Source: an uncultured Verrucomicrobiae bacterium (GTDB taxonomy: Bacteria; Verrucomicrobiota; Verrucomicrobiia; Limisphaerales; UBA11358). From it: a DNA stretch of 64,000 nt. Positions within the stretch are counted from its first letter, which is position 1, and each line of letters starts with the position of its first letter. Of this stretch, positions 9,738 to 19,037 are shown piece after piece. A model generated the notes under the pieces. The model worked only from the letters and a program-made list of their open reading frames with translations, was not told the DNA's origin and did not search any database. Location: contig CAWJHF010000009.1 of assembly GCA_963842445.1 (NCBI GenBank), forward strand, positions 89,086-153,085. Direction: 5' to 3'. The position numbers were made by a program, and so were the translations under genes.

Positions 9738-11885
9738 TTATTGCGGGGGATAAACTTGAACTGGAGTATCGTAGAACCATACTCCTTCTGGCGGGTAATT
9801 GGTCTGCAACATATCTTCGCTACAGGCGGCATCACCAGTGACAACAAATTTTATAACTGTGCCGCTGGGAAATGGGGTATTATGCCAAGCATCTTTGGCA
9901 GCTTGATACCAAGCGGCGCGAACCGTCAGCGGATTGTAATTGGTTGAAGTTCCAAAATTCATGTATCTCGCCCACAATTGTAGCAAAGTGGCGCTGGTAG
10001 CACAGTCTGTGGCTGAACCTAAAAGCAAGTGAAGATTGTTGTTATAGGGATAGACACCATAGAATTGCATATTCTGCCAGTCAGATGGATAAAGGCTGAC
10101 GCAAGTTTTGAGTGCCATCCACTTGAGGCCGTTTGTTCCGGCTCCGCCCAAATTCATGTCGGACATCCGCAGCCATTGGGCACCGGTTCCTGAGGAAATG
10201 GGGAAATACATCTGGTCACATCCATTTGCGTAGTAGTCAGGTGAAGTGCCATAAGTGCCATGTCCAAGAAAAACTCCCAAATTGACTTGGTTGAAAGGCG
10301 TTCCACTGCCCTGCAAGTCTGAAAGTTTCAGTTGGTCGTCAGCCTTGACAAAACCCTTAGTCCATCCCCAATGCTGCATCTCGGATACGAAATTATCGGC
10401 CTCCAGCTTGTGGCTTGGCCGGGGTAGGAACGTTCCTCCAGAACTATTTTCAATTGTGATATTCGGAAAGTAAGGTTCATTCAGCGGTGCGGTAAGATGA
10501 TACCCACTTGGCCCGTTTGCAGTAAAAGTCTGGTAGGCAATGGCGAATGAACCGGCAAGTCCCCTGATGGGGTTGTTCGGCGGGCGCTGCGGAGCAGCCG
10601 AAGAATTTTGAGAAGATACTGATGAACCACCGCTGGCATCGTCGGCAGATATGCCGCTACCGCTATCCATAGCAACAGTGGATTCAGCACTGGAAGAAGA
10701 CGACCTTAAAGCCTGTATTTCAGATGGCGTAGCCGCAAAGATTGTCAAACCGTTCGTGTCAAATCCCGGCGGATAAATCGCCAGCGGCACGACATCCTCT
10801 GAATTAGCAGACACCACCCACAATTGAGAGGAGTCAGAAGCGAATGAAGGCGTTGGCGGACTGCCACCGCTGCCGCCACCTGAACCGCCATCTTCTATTT
10901 CATCGGATTCGCCATTGGTTTGTGCCGAAATATAATAATAATAAATTCCGTTGGGCAAATTAGTTTCGCCGGTGCCAGTGCCATCCCAATTGAATAGCAT
11001 GGAAGTTCCACTGCCCGTTGCGGTTAGCACAACGTTGCTATAAACGTCAACGATGTTCAGAGTCCAATCTGAATTTGCGGCAAAAACCGCGCTGACTTGC
11101 TGCGTTTGTCCCGAAGAGGGATCAAAAGATGGTTGTGAGAATGAAATCCTTGTAACGAGATTGCTAAATAATACCGGAACAAAAGCCGAGACACCATGTC
11201 CAGAATAGACCGGCGGCGAGTTCATTGCATCGCTGAAACCAGACTGATTTTCAGCGATTGCAAACAACGTGTGTGTTCCATTCCCCCATTCGCACGTATT
11301 GATGCTGTAGGTGTCCACTTCGTAATTTGTCACACCTGAACTGTCAGTGTAATTTGTAGTGCTATCGGCCACTCGCATTTCCTGACCGTCCACATAAAGT
11401 TTTGTTCCCGAAAGAACAGGTTGGTCAGTGCTGGCGATAACATTTATAGTCAACTCTCCAGTAACGGCAGTGCCATTTGTTGGCGAAGTGACAGAAACGT
11501 TTGGTTCATCCGAAATTGTGTCTGCTCCTTCATCCACAATCCGGTAAAAGCGCATCGGCATATCTTTCGGATGCAAAATTTGCGGAACAAGATTGTAGTT
11601 GCCGGTATCGAGCCAAAAGGTGTTCGTGCCTTGCGATGGGTAGTCATTGTAGAGCATATTCCATGTGATGCTTCCGGTATTCGTATCAATGAGCGCATCG
11701 GCCTCATCAATTTCATAAACTTCATTGCTGACGCTGTTCCAAGTCAGTCGAATGGCCTGCTCATCGGTCACATTGACCCCGATGAATTGAAGTGTGTTTT
11801 GGGCGGTTGCAACGCTCGCCAGTGAAACGGCTAATGCCGCGATGATTGAAAGGCTCCTGAACAACTCTTTGGTTATAGTCTTCAT
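9738..11885 (-). CDS. Large secreted multidomain protein: beta-sandwich/Ig-like and FlgD-Ig-like domains plus C-terminal domain with a caspase-like His/Cys pattern
   Basis: Signal peptide MKTITKELFRSLSIIAALAVSLASVATAQ. FlgD-Ig-like stretch LFNWDGTGTGETNLPNGIYYYYISA. Gly/Ser/Pro linker. C-terminal VFLGHGTYG ... WMALKTCVSL. Confidence 0.6.
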   Translation of the reverse strand: MKTITKELFRSLSIIAALAVSLASVATAQNTLQFIGVNVTDEQAIRLTWNSVSNEVYEIDEADALIDTNTGSITWNMLYNDYPSQGTNTFWLDTGNYNLVPQILHPKDMPMRFYRIVDEGADTISDEPNVSVTSPTNGTAVTGELTINVIASTDQPVLSGTKLYVDGQEMRVADSTTNYTDSSGVTNYEVDTYSINTCEWGNGTHTLFAIAENQSGFSDAMNSPPVYSGHGVSAFVPVLFSNLVTRISFSQPSFDPSSGQTQQVSAVFAANSDWTLNIVDVYSNVVLTATGSGTSMLFNWDGTGTGETNLPNGIYYYYISAQTNGESDEIEDGGSGGGSGGSPPTPSFASDSSQLWVVSANSEDVVPLAIYPPGFDTNGLTIFAATPSEIQALRSSSSSAESTVAMDSGSGISADDASGGSSVSSQNSSAAPQRPPNNPIRGLAGSFAIAYQTFTANGPSGYHLTAPLNEPYFPNITIENSSGGTFLPRPSHKLEADNFVSEMQHWGWTKGFVKADDQLKLSDLQGSGTPFNQVNLGVFLGHGTYGTSPDYYANGCDQMYFPISSGTGAQWLRMSDMNLGGAGTNGLKWMALKTCVSLYPSDWQNMQFYGVYPYNNNLHLLLGSATDCATSATLLQLWARYMNFGTSTNYNPLTVRAAWYQAAKDAWHNTPFPSGTVIKFVVTGDAACSEDMLQTNYPPEGVWFYDTPVQVYPPQ

Positions 11886-12030
11886 CAGTTTCCCTATGGT
11901 TAGTTAGTTTAGTTCGTGCCCGTGCTGAAATCCCAAACGTGCTGAGAGGTTCAGCACTATTGGTGGGATGATGACAGAAACCCGAAAGAGCGCAAGCAAA
12001 AACCAAGCCATTTAAGCTCGTAGGCTTACC

Positions 12031-12255
12031 TCAAAGATTGCCAACTACATCCCGCAGTTTGATGCCAAGGGCTTTGGTGATTTTCAGGAGGGCGTCAATC
12101 GTGATTGCTCGGTCGGCTCTCTCCACTTGGCTGATATAAACTGGGTGCAGATTGGCCTTTTCTGCCAATTTCTCTTGGGTCATCCCGCGTTTCTTGCGGA
12201 ACCTGCGGACGTTCTCGCCAATTTGTTTGTGGGCCTTAAAAGTGGACACAGGCAA
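12031..12255 (-). CDS. XRE-family helix-turn-helix transcriptional regulator
   Basis: 74 aa with IGENVRRFRKKRGMTQEKLAEKANLHPVYISQVERADRAITIDALLKI, a typical Cro/C1 HTH. Confidence 0.85.
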   Translation of the reverse strand: MPVSTFKAHKQIGENVRRFRKKRGMTQEKLAEKANLHPVYISQVERADRAITIDALLKITKALGIKLRDVVGNL

Positions 12256-12424
12256 CTACAGAAGCAGGTTTGGAATGGATACTCCATAAGCGGTGGGCTT
12301 ATTAAGCGAACAGGCTTAGTTTTGACTTGCGTTTTCCTGCTCCGATGGTAGAAGAAATCTGCCATCTGGGGCTTGCCGGGACGGACAGGGATATGTTGGC
12401 TCCCAGAAAACTGACAGAGATTAG

Positions 12425-13339
12425 CTGGCCCTTGGCTGGCAACTTTTATCTGAAACCAAGAATAGGAAACCAAACCATGAAACCGATCCAACCCATATAC
12501 TTATTGGCCGTGTTCTTGGCGAACGCGGCGTTGAGCCTGTGGATGTGTGCAGTGACACTTCATTTCTCACACCGCTTTTTGGCGGCAGAAAATCCGACCC
12601 GATGAATTACTTGCGCGACCCGAAATTCAACAAGGATTTATTCGCGGCGTCTTTGCTCGTTCTTGACGACAAAGGCGCATCAGCAAATCTTGCCGAAAGA
12701 CGGCAACGCGGCGAACGCATTAAGGATTTGGTCTGGAAACCGGAACAACGGATGGAAGGTAAGGGCGTTGACGCCGTGAACTTGCGCCCGTTCTGGCGGT
12801 TCGTTATCGCAGGCAATGATGACGATGCAGGTTTACAGGTTTGCCCCGCGCTCTCGCCCAGTCTTGAAGATAAACTTTTAATTCTCCGCGCGCGACAAGC
12901 GGAAGGTTTGCCCGTAACGCATGAAGAAAACGACGCATGGGCAGCACTCATCCGCGCGGAGCTTCCGGCGTTCGCCGCCTATTTGCTGGCGTGGAGACCG
13001 CCGGAAGGCGTCACGCTCGACCCACGCACGCGCGTTGCGAACTTCTGGCATCCCAAAATTGTTTCCGCACTCCGCGAACTCCAACCGGAAATGCGGCTGC
13101 TTGAATTGATTGACACGCTCGCGCTGATTGACCCCGACGCGCCGCTTTGGGAAGGCACGGCAACCGAGTTTGAAAAGGCCATGAGAGCGAAAGACGGTGA
13201 AGGAATACTTGACCGCATTTTCACGTCTGGCACGTCCGCAGGCCGGATGCTCGCGGAGTTGGCGCGCGTGCTTCCTGACCGCGTAAAGCGCACAGACCGC
13301 GACGGGCGAAGCCACTACCGGATTTTCCGCGCGAAGTGA
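12425..13339 (+). pseudogene. N-terminally truncated SF3-type helicase/primase (P4/D5-like) remnant
   Basis: Walker B-like LLVLDD and motif C-like WRFVIAGND are present, but there is no Walker A anywhere upstream in frame (frame opens after the stop at 12422). Only a GTG at 12539 is available as a start. Confidence 0.5.
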
Positions 13340-13522
13340 TTTAGTCACCCAACAGAAATCCAGCGAATGCTACGGATAACGTTTTGAAAAAACACCCTTT
13401 ATCCCCCTTTGTCTCCTACTACTGTAAGGGGGAGAAAGGGAGACAAAGGGGGTATTCTGAAATTGGTTCCGTAGAAAAGCAATCTGCGTCCAATGCTGAC
13501 AATAGCATTGCCGGTAAAAATT

Positions 13523-13545
13523 TTTGCATCCCTTTTTTGCATCCC
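13523..13545. promoter_or_regulatory. Second tandem TTTGCATCCC box pair at the far end of the island
   Basis: tttgcatcccttttttgcatccc, same orientation as 8137-8159. Confidence 0.5.
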
Positions 13546-13572
13546 CACGCGCTAAAATCTGCGTTTTGCTGC

Positions 13573-13685
13573 TTCCGAAAGTTATCACCGGCAAAAAATG
13601 CGACGGCGAGAATCACCTTGAAAACATTGATTAAGTTGTGCGTGGAGACTTCAAGTTTCAGAAAGTTGTCACCAGTCAGAAATGC
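13573..13685. repeat. Two about 29-bp direct repeats next to the island junction (candidate arm-type sites)
   Basis: ttccgaaagttatcaccggcaaaaaatgc (13573-13601) and tttcagaaagttgtcaccagtcagaaatgc (13657-13685). Confidence 0.6.
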
Positions 13686-13694
13686 CTGATTCAA

Positions 13695-13732
13695 ATTGGA
13701 AGGCTTCCGTTCTACCATTGAACTACGCCCGC
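13695..13732. repeat. att-type direct repeat (orphan 5' half of tRNA-Gly)
   Basis: Identical to 8057-8094. There is no 3' half, so it is not a functional tRNA. Confidence 0.85.
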
Positions 13733-13888
13733 CTGCGCTGCGCTTCGGCGCGGCAAGCCCGAAGCCAGTTCAGCGAATTTTAACGGCCTGTCGAGCCGCA
13801 GCCCAAAGGGCGAAGGCTGACGCGGCAAGCCCGCAAGACTTGCTGCGCGTTGAATCATATCCGCCGCCCGGATATTGTCAATTTGCCA

Positions 13889-13962
13889 TCGTCTTCGTCG
13901 TCGTCCTCGTTCTCGTAATCGGGATGGAATCGAGGACGAGGACGAGAACGAAGGACGAGGAG
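13889..13962. repeat. Inverted GAC/GAG-rich repeat (cgtcctcgttctcg ... cgaggacgaggacgagaacg)
   Basis: Imperfect palindrome just upstream of pyrC. Confidence 0.55.
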
Positions 13963-14012
13963 GATTTTGTTCTGCTTGCGTTGTCAATTCCGCGCGTGTA
14001 TCGTCGCCGCGC

Positions 14013-15401
14013 ATGGCAGCGTTGCTTCTCACCGGCGGGCGCGTCGTGGACCCGGCCAACCGTCTCGACGCAAAAACAGACGTTTTAATTTCGGAGGGCA
14101 AAATCACGGCGGTCGGCGCGGACGCGGTGAAAAAGGCGCCGCGCGACGCCGAACGTATGGCCGTGAACGGCCTGGTGGTCTGTCCCGGCTTGATTGATTT
14201 GCACGTCCATTTGCGCGAACCGGGACAAACGTCCAAGGAAACCCTCGCCACCGGCACCGCCGCCGCCGCGCGCGGCGGATTCACCTCGGTCGTCTGCATG
14301 CCGAACACGTCGCCGGCGATTGACAATGCCGGCACCGTCGCGCTCATCCGCGAACGCGCCGCGCAGCAGGGCATTGTCAATGTTTTCGTAAGCGGCGCCA
14401 TCAGCAAAGGCATCGCCGGCGAAGAGCTCGCGCCGATTGGCGGCCTGAAACGCGCTGGCATCGTGGCCATCACCGACGACGGCCATTGCGTGCAGAACAA
14501 CGACCTCATGCGCCGCGCGTGCGAATACGCCAAAATGTTCGACCTGCCGGTGATGGACCATTGCCAGGATTATGCGCTCGTGACCGACGGTGTGATGCAC
14601 GAGGGTTACTGGAGCACCGTGCTCGGCTTGCGCGGCTGGCCCTCGGCGGGCGAGGAAGTCATTGTGGCGCGGAACATCCTGCTCGCCGAACTGACCGGCG
14701 CCAAAGTCCATTGCCAGCACCTGAGCGCGGCGGGCAGCGTCGCGCTGCTGCGCGAGGCCAAGAAACGCGGCGTGCCAATTTCCGGCGAAGCGTGTCCGCA
14801 CCATTTCACGCTGACCGATGCTGCCGTGGCCGGCAGCGAAAAATTCTGGGCGACGGACGGAAAGACTCTCAGCCCTCAACTCTCAAAGCTCAACTTTTCG
14901 CGCGAATGGCCGAAATACGACACGAATTTCAAAATGAACCCGCCGCTGCGCTCGGCGCGCGATCGCGAGGCGATTCTCGAAGGGCTGGCCGACGGCACGA
15001 TTGAAATTCTGTGCAGCGACCACGCGCCGCACTGCGACTATGAAAAGGAAGTGGAATTTGACTACGCGCCGTTCGGCATCACCGGTCTGGAAACCGAACT
15101 GGCGCTTTCGCTGATGCAACTGGTCCATGCCAAACGAATTTCGCTGCCGGATTTGATTGCGAAATTCACCGTCAACCCGGCGCGATTGCTGAATCTGAAC
15201 AAGGGCACATTGAGTGTGGGGGCAGATGCGGATGTGACGGTGTTTGATCCCGATGCCGAATGGGTTTTTGAGCGCACGGCGACGGCGAGCAAATCAGCCA
15301 ACAGCCCGTTCTGCGGCTGGAAACTCAAAGGCCGGGCCGTGGCTACCATCGTCGGCGGCAAAATTGTCTGGTCGGAAAAATCCGAAATGGTTGCGGCTTG
15401 A
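14013..15401 (+). CDS. pyrC: Dihydroorotase
   Basis: ATG at 14013. Motifs PGLIDLHVHLREPG and GGFTSVVCMPNTSP, ending with CSDHAPH. Confidence 0.9.
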   Translation: MAALLLTGGRVVDPANRLDAKTDVLISEGKITAVGADAVKKAPRDAERMAVNGLVVCPGLIDLHVHLREPGQTSKETLATGTAAAARGGFTSVVCMPNTSPAIDNAGTVALIRERAAQQGIVNVFVSGAISKGIAGEELAPIGGLKRAGIVAITDDGHCVQNNDLMRRACEYAKMFDLPVMDHCQDYALVTDGVMHEGYWSTVLGLRGWPSAGEEVIVARNILLAELTGAKVHCQHLSAAGSVALLREAKKRGVPISGEACPHHFTLTDAAVAGSEKFWATDGKTLSPQLSKLNFSREWPKYDTNFKMNPPLRSARDREAILEGLADGTIEILCSDHAPHCDYEKEVEFDYAPFGITGLETELALSLMQLVHAKRISLPDLIAKFTVNPARLLNLNKGTLSVGADADVTVFDPDAEWVFERTATASKSANSPFCGWKLKGRAVATIVGGKIVWSEKSEMVAA

Positions 15402-15416
15402 GTGAAAAGTCATGAC

Positions 15417-16268
15417 ATGAGAAAGATTTTATTGGTTTTCATGGGTGGTTGGCTGGCGCTTCAAACTGTTGCCGCCGATGAAGCTGGCTGGTTGACGGTA
15501 TTGGATCAACCGGTGGCGAAAGCCCAATTGAATAACAAACCTATCCTGCTTTTTTTCACCGGCTCAGACTGGTGCGGTTGGTGCAAGAAATTCGATCAGG
15601 AGGCTCTGTCCACTCCTGAATTCCGTGAATATGCCGAAAAGAACCTCATACTGGTCGAGATCGATTTTCCCAAACAAACGCCACAAAGTGACGCGATAAA
15701 AAAAGCCAACGCCGCCTGGCAGGAGCGGTTTAAAATAACGGGTTTCCCAACCCTGATCCTCTTGGATAGCCATTTCAAGGCGCTCGGACGCCAGGAAGGG
15801 TATGCCGAGGGGGGCGCAAAAATCTTCATTGAGGAACTGGAGCAATGGAAGGCAGGAGCTGCTTCCCCGAGTCAAACCACCACCTCCGGGGTGCAATGGC
15901 TAACCAACCTGCCCCAAGCACAAGCTCAGGCCAAAAATGAAAACAAACTGGTGCTGCTGGACTTTACCGGTTCAGATTGGTGCGGCTGGTGCATCAAACT
16001 GGACCAGGACACGTTTTCCAAACCGGAATTTGCCGATTACGCGAGAAAAAATCTGGTGCTTGTCCAACTGGACTTTCCGGACAAAAAACCGCAGGCCAAA
16101 GCCTTGAAGCAGGCTAACGCCGCACTCCAAAAGAAATACGGGGTCACGGGTTATCCAACCCTCATCGCGATGAAGCCGGACGGCACGGTCGTTTGGACGC
16201 AGACAGGCTATCTTGAGGGCGGACCGCCGGCCTTGATCACAGAACTGAATGCGGCAAGGAAAAAATGA
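15417..16268 (+). CDS. Secreted tandem thioredoxin-fold protein (two WCGWC domains)
   Basis: Signal peptide MRKILLVFMGGWLALQTVAA. Duplicated module FTGSDWCGWCKKFD / FTGSDWCGWCIKLD, each followed by (I/L)DFP(K/D). Confidence 0.8.
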   Translation: MRKILLVFMGGWLALQTVAADEAGWLTVLDQPVAKAQLNNKPILLFFTGSDWCGWCKKFDQEALSTPEFREYAEKNLILVEIDFPKQTPQSDAIKKANAAWQERFKITGFPTLILLDSHFKALGRQEGYAEGGAKIFIEELEQWKAGAASPSQTTTSGVQWLTNLPQAQAQAKNENKLVLLDFTGSDWCGWCIKLDQDTFSKPEFADYARKNLVLVQLDFPDKKPQAKALKQANAALQKKYGVTGYPTLIAMKPDGTVVWTQTGYLEGGPPALITELNAARKK

Positions 16269-16384
16269 TTTTCGGAAAAACATCCGGCTGTCTGCCGGTA
16301 CAACGGATTTTTATCGCGCTTTTTGGTTAAAAACTTGACCCGTTGCGCCACCTGCCTAGCATCGCGCCCGGTCATAAATCGCTT

Positions 16385-17542
16385 ATGAAAGCAATTCTGG
16401 CACTTGAAGACGGCTCGGTGTATCACGGGCAGGGTTTCGGCGCGTGCGCGTCCGCGTGCGGCGAGGTCTGCTTCAATACCTCCATGACCGGCTACCAGGA
16501 AATCCTCACCGACCCGTCCTACAAAGGCCAGATTGTCACGATGACCTATCCGCATATCGGCAATTACGGCGTCAACGCCGTGGACGTTGAATCGTGGCAG
16601 CCACACGTGGCCGGCTTCGTCATCCGCGAACTTTCGCCGGTAGTCAGCAACTGGCGCGCGGATTTTTCGCTCGCCGAGTACCTGGAGAAAAATGGCGTTC
16701 CGGGAGTCCAAGGCCTGGACACGCGGGTGTTGACCAAAAAACTCCGCGTGCGCGGCGTGATGAACGGATTCATTTCCACGGAGGATATTTCGGAGCCGGA
16801 AGCAATCAAACGCGCGAAGGAATTCGTCTTCGTCGGCGTGGATTACGTAAAGGAAGTCACGCACAAGAAAGCATTCCGTTGGGATGAAAAGGACGAGCAG
16901 AGCGCGGCGTTCGACCTGACGCGCGGCAACACGGCCGTTGATGCCCGGCAAAATCGCCAGCCGCTGCCGCCAGCGGACATTCCCATCGTCGCCCTGGATT
17001 ACGGACTGAAATACAACATTCTGCGCCGGCTGCGGCAGCACGGTTTCAGCGTGCAGGTTTTGCCGGCGACGGCGTCTGCCGCCGACGTGCTCAAGCACAA
17101 ACCGGCGGGCATTTTTCTGTCCAACGGCCCCGGCGACCCGGCGGCGCTAGACTACCTTGTGCGCGAAGTGAAGGCGCTGGTGGACACCGGCATCCCGATT
17201 TTCGGGATTTGCCTCGGGCACCAGATTCTGGGCCAAGCGTTCGGCGGGAAAACCTTCAAATTGAAGTTCGGCCATCGCGGCGCGAACCAGCCGGTGAAGG
17301 ATTTTGAGACCGGCCGGGTGGAAATCACGGCGCAAAACCACGGTTTCGCCGTGGACCCAGAAAGCCTGCCGCCCGACGTGGCCGTGAACCGCATCAATCT
17401 CAACGACCAGACTGTCGAAGGTTTGCGGCACAAGACCAAGCCGGTTTTTTGCGTGCAGTATCACCCGGAAGCCTCGCCCGGGCCGCATGATTCGACGCCG
17501 CTGTTTGCCGAGTTCCGCGCCTTGATTGAGCGGCGGGGCTGA
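16385..17542 (+). CDS. carA: Carbamoyl-phosphate synthase small (glutaminase) subunit
   Basis: [15 protein letters not shown]..., [21 protein letters not shown], catalytic GICLGHQ and HGFAV motifs. Confidence 0.93.
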   Translation: MKAILALEDGSVYHGQGFGACASACGEVCFNTSMTGYQEILTDPSYKGQIVTMTYPHIGNYGVNAVDVESWQPHVAGFVIRELSPVVSNWRADFSLAEYLEKNGVPGVQGLDTRVLTKKLRVRGVMNGFISTEDISEPEAIKRAKEFVFVGVDYVKEVTHKKAFRWDEKDEQSAAFDLTRGNTAVDARQNRQPLPPADIPIVALDYGLKYNILRRLRQHGFSVQVLPATASAADVLKHKPAGIFLSNGPGDPAALDYLVREVKALVDTGIPIFGICLGHQILGQAFGGKTFKLKFGHRGANQPVKDFETGRVEITAQNHGFAVDPESLPPDVAVNRINLNDQTVEGLRHKTKPVFCVQYHPEASPGPHDSTPLFAEFRALIERRG

Positions 17543-17600
17543 GGATGAGATTTCCGTTTGACTTGAAGCGGGCAGCGTCCATAATCGGTTCACCGTAACT

Positions 17601-18164
17601 ATGGCCAAACTTGTTATCCTGACTCAGGGCATGACCGACCGGGCGCATGAGTTGAAAGCGGATCGCACCACCATCGGCCGTGTGGAGGATAACATGTTTC
17701 AGATCTCCGAACCGTCCGTCTCCAGCCATCATTGCGAGGTGCTTTTGCGCGGCAACGACATCGTCATAAAAGACCTCGATTCCACCAACGGCACGTACAT
17801 CAACAACCAGAAGATTGCCGAAAGCGTTTTGAAACCCGGCCAGACCTTGCGCGTCGGCAACGTGGAACTGCGCCTCGACACCGGCGCGCCGTCCGCCGCG
17901 GGAACTCCGGCATCCGCCCCCGCGCCTGCCCCGGGTGGTGCCGCCAAAAAAACCCCGGAAAGCACGATGGTCATGCCGCGTGGCGTGAGTTTGGGCGAAT
18001 TGGAATCGGGCGGTGGCCGCCCCGCGGGTTTTGATACCAACAAGCAGTTTTCCAAAAAGTCCAACAAGGTCAACAGCATCTTCCTCATCATCGCCATCGT
18101 TGCCGGTTTGCTCATCATCGGTCTCATCCTCTACGCGCGTTGGCTCGTGCGCAGCGGCCACTGA
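17601..18164 (+). CDS. FHA-domain protein with C-terminal membrane anchor
   Basis: FHA core TTIGRVEDNMFQISEPSVSSHHCEVLLRGNDIVIKDLDSTNGTYINN, a Pro/Ala linker, and TM helix IFLIIAIVAGLLIIGLILY. Confidence 0.85.
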   Translation: MAKLVILTQGMTDRAHELKADRTTIGRVEDNMFQISEPSVSSHHCEVLLRGNDIVIKDLDSTNGTYINNQKIAESVLKPGQTLRVGNVELRLDTGAPSAAGTPASAPAPAPGGAAKKTPESTMVMPRGVSLGELESGGGRPAGFDTNKQFSKKSNKVNSIFLIIAIVAGLLIIGLILYARWLVRSGH

Positions 18165-18184
18165 TCAAAACCGGGTTCGCGGCC

Positions 18185-18846
18185 ATGAAACCGCGCCGTT
18201 CAAATCAAAGAAACCAGGCGCTGACGCTGGTGGAAGTCATCGTCATCGTAGCCGTGTTGATGTTTCTTGGGGCATGCCTTTTGTCGGTGCTCAAGGCTAC
18301 GAATAAAGGAGCCAAAGCAATCAATTGTCTCAACAATCTGCATCAAATCGGCGTCGCTCATCAACTTTGGGTGGGTAACCTCAATAACCAGTTTCCGTTG
18401 TTGACTTTTGCAGCGGACAACGACGGGGGGAAATCAGCCCGCAACGATAGCGCTTATGTTTTGTGGCAAGCATGTCCAACCAATTGAGCACGCCCAAGAT
18501 TCTCGTTTGCCCGGCGGACAGGAAACACACTGTCGCAACCAGTTTTGCCACCGGTTTTGGCAACGCCAACATCAGCTATTTCCTCAATGCGGCTGCCAAG
18601 ACCAACTCACAAACAGTTCTTGATGGTGACGCCAATTTGACTGTTGAAGGCGTGCCCGTTCAGTCTGGAATTTTGAACCTTTGGACGAACAGCCGCGTTG
18701 GGTGGGCAAAAGGAAGGAATCACGGCTTGGGCTATTCTGTGGGTAATATTGGGATGGCTGATGGCTCGGTGATGTTGGCCACCAGTAACATGCTCAATTC
18801 AGTATTTGCCGTCAGCCCTGCCAACAACCGGCTGTTTTTTCCGTGA
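18185..18846 (+). pseudogene. Prepilin-type N-terminal domain pseudopilin-like gene with interrupted reading frame
   Basis: N-terminal part QALTLVEVIVIVAVLMFLGACLL ends at 18487. The C-terminal part (STPKILVCPADRKH ... NIGMADGSVML) continues in another frame from 18463. A one-nt indel is implied near 18468-18471. Confidence 0.7.
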
Positions 18847-18880
18847 TACAGGATGGGGAATGCGTTCGGAGTTCGGCGTT

Positions 18881-18966
18881 TGTAGGAGACGAGGTAACGA
18901 GTCTCAAATATTTTGGACTCCTCCTGGTTTCCGACTAAGAATGAGCCTCCTCACGTCGGCTCCTAC
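18881..18966. repeat. Palindromic element, family A (long-spacer copy)
   Basis: gtaggagacgaggtaacgagtctc ... gactcctcctggtttccgac ... gagcctcctcacgtcggctcctac. Confidence 0.8.
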
Positions 18967-19037
18967 ATTTTGATTCGCGAAATTCGCGGATAATCCCTGC
19001 TGGCTTCTGAATTCTGTGTTCTGTATTCTCCAACACC

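Larger units (their letters stand above)
8095..13732. mobile_element. Decayed integrative genomic island at tRNA-Gly
   Basis: Bounded by the intact tRNA and a 38-bp direct repeat of its 5' half. Integrase fragment sits next to the tRNA. Interior is visibly AT-richer, with XRE and SF3-helicase remnants. Confidence 0.8.

Noticed and set aside
13695-13732. Possible second tRNA-Gly gene
   Set aside because: Only the 5' 38 nt are present, with no T-arm or acceptor 3' strand downstream. It is interpreted as an att-type duplicate.
13712-14879. 273-aa and 264-aa minus-strand ORFs
   Set aside because: They are antisense to pyrC. These are shadow ORFs in GC-rich coding sequence.
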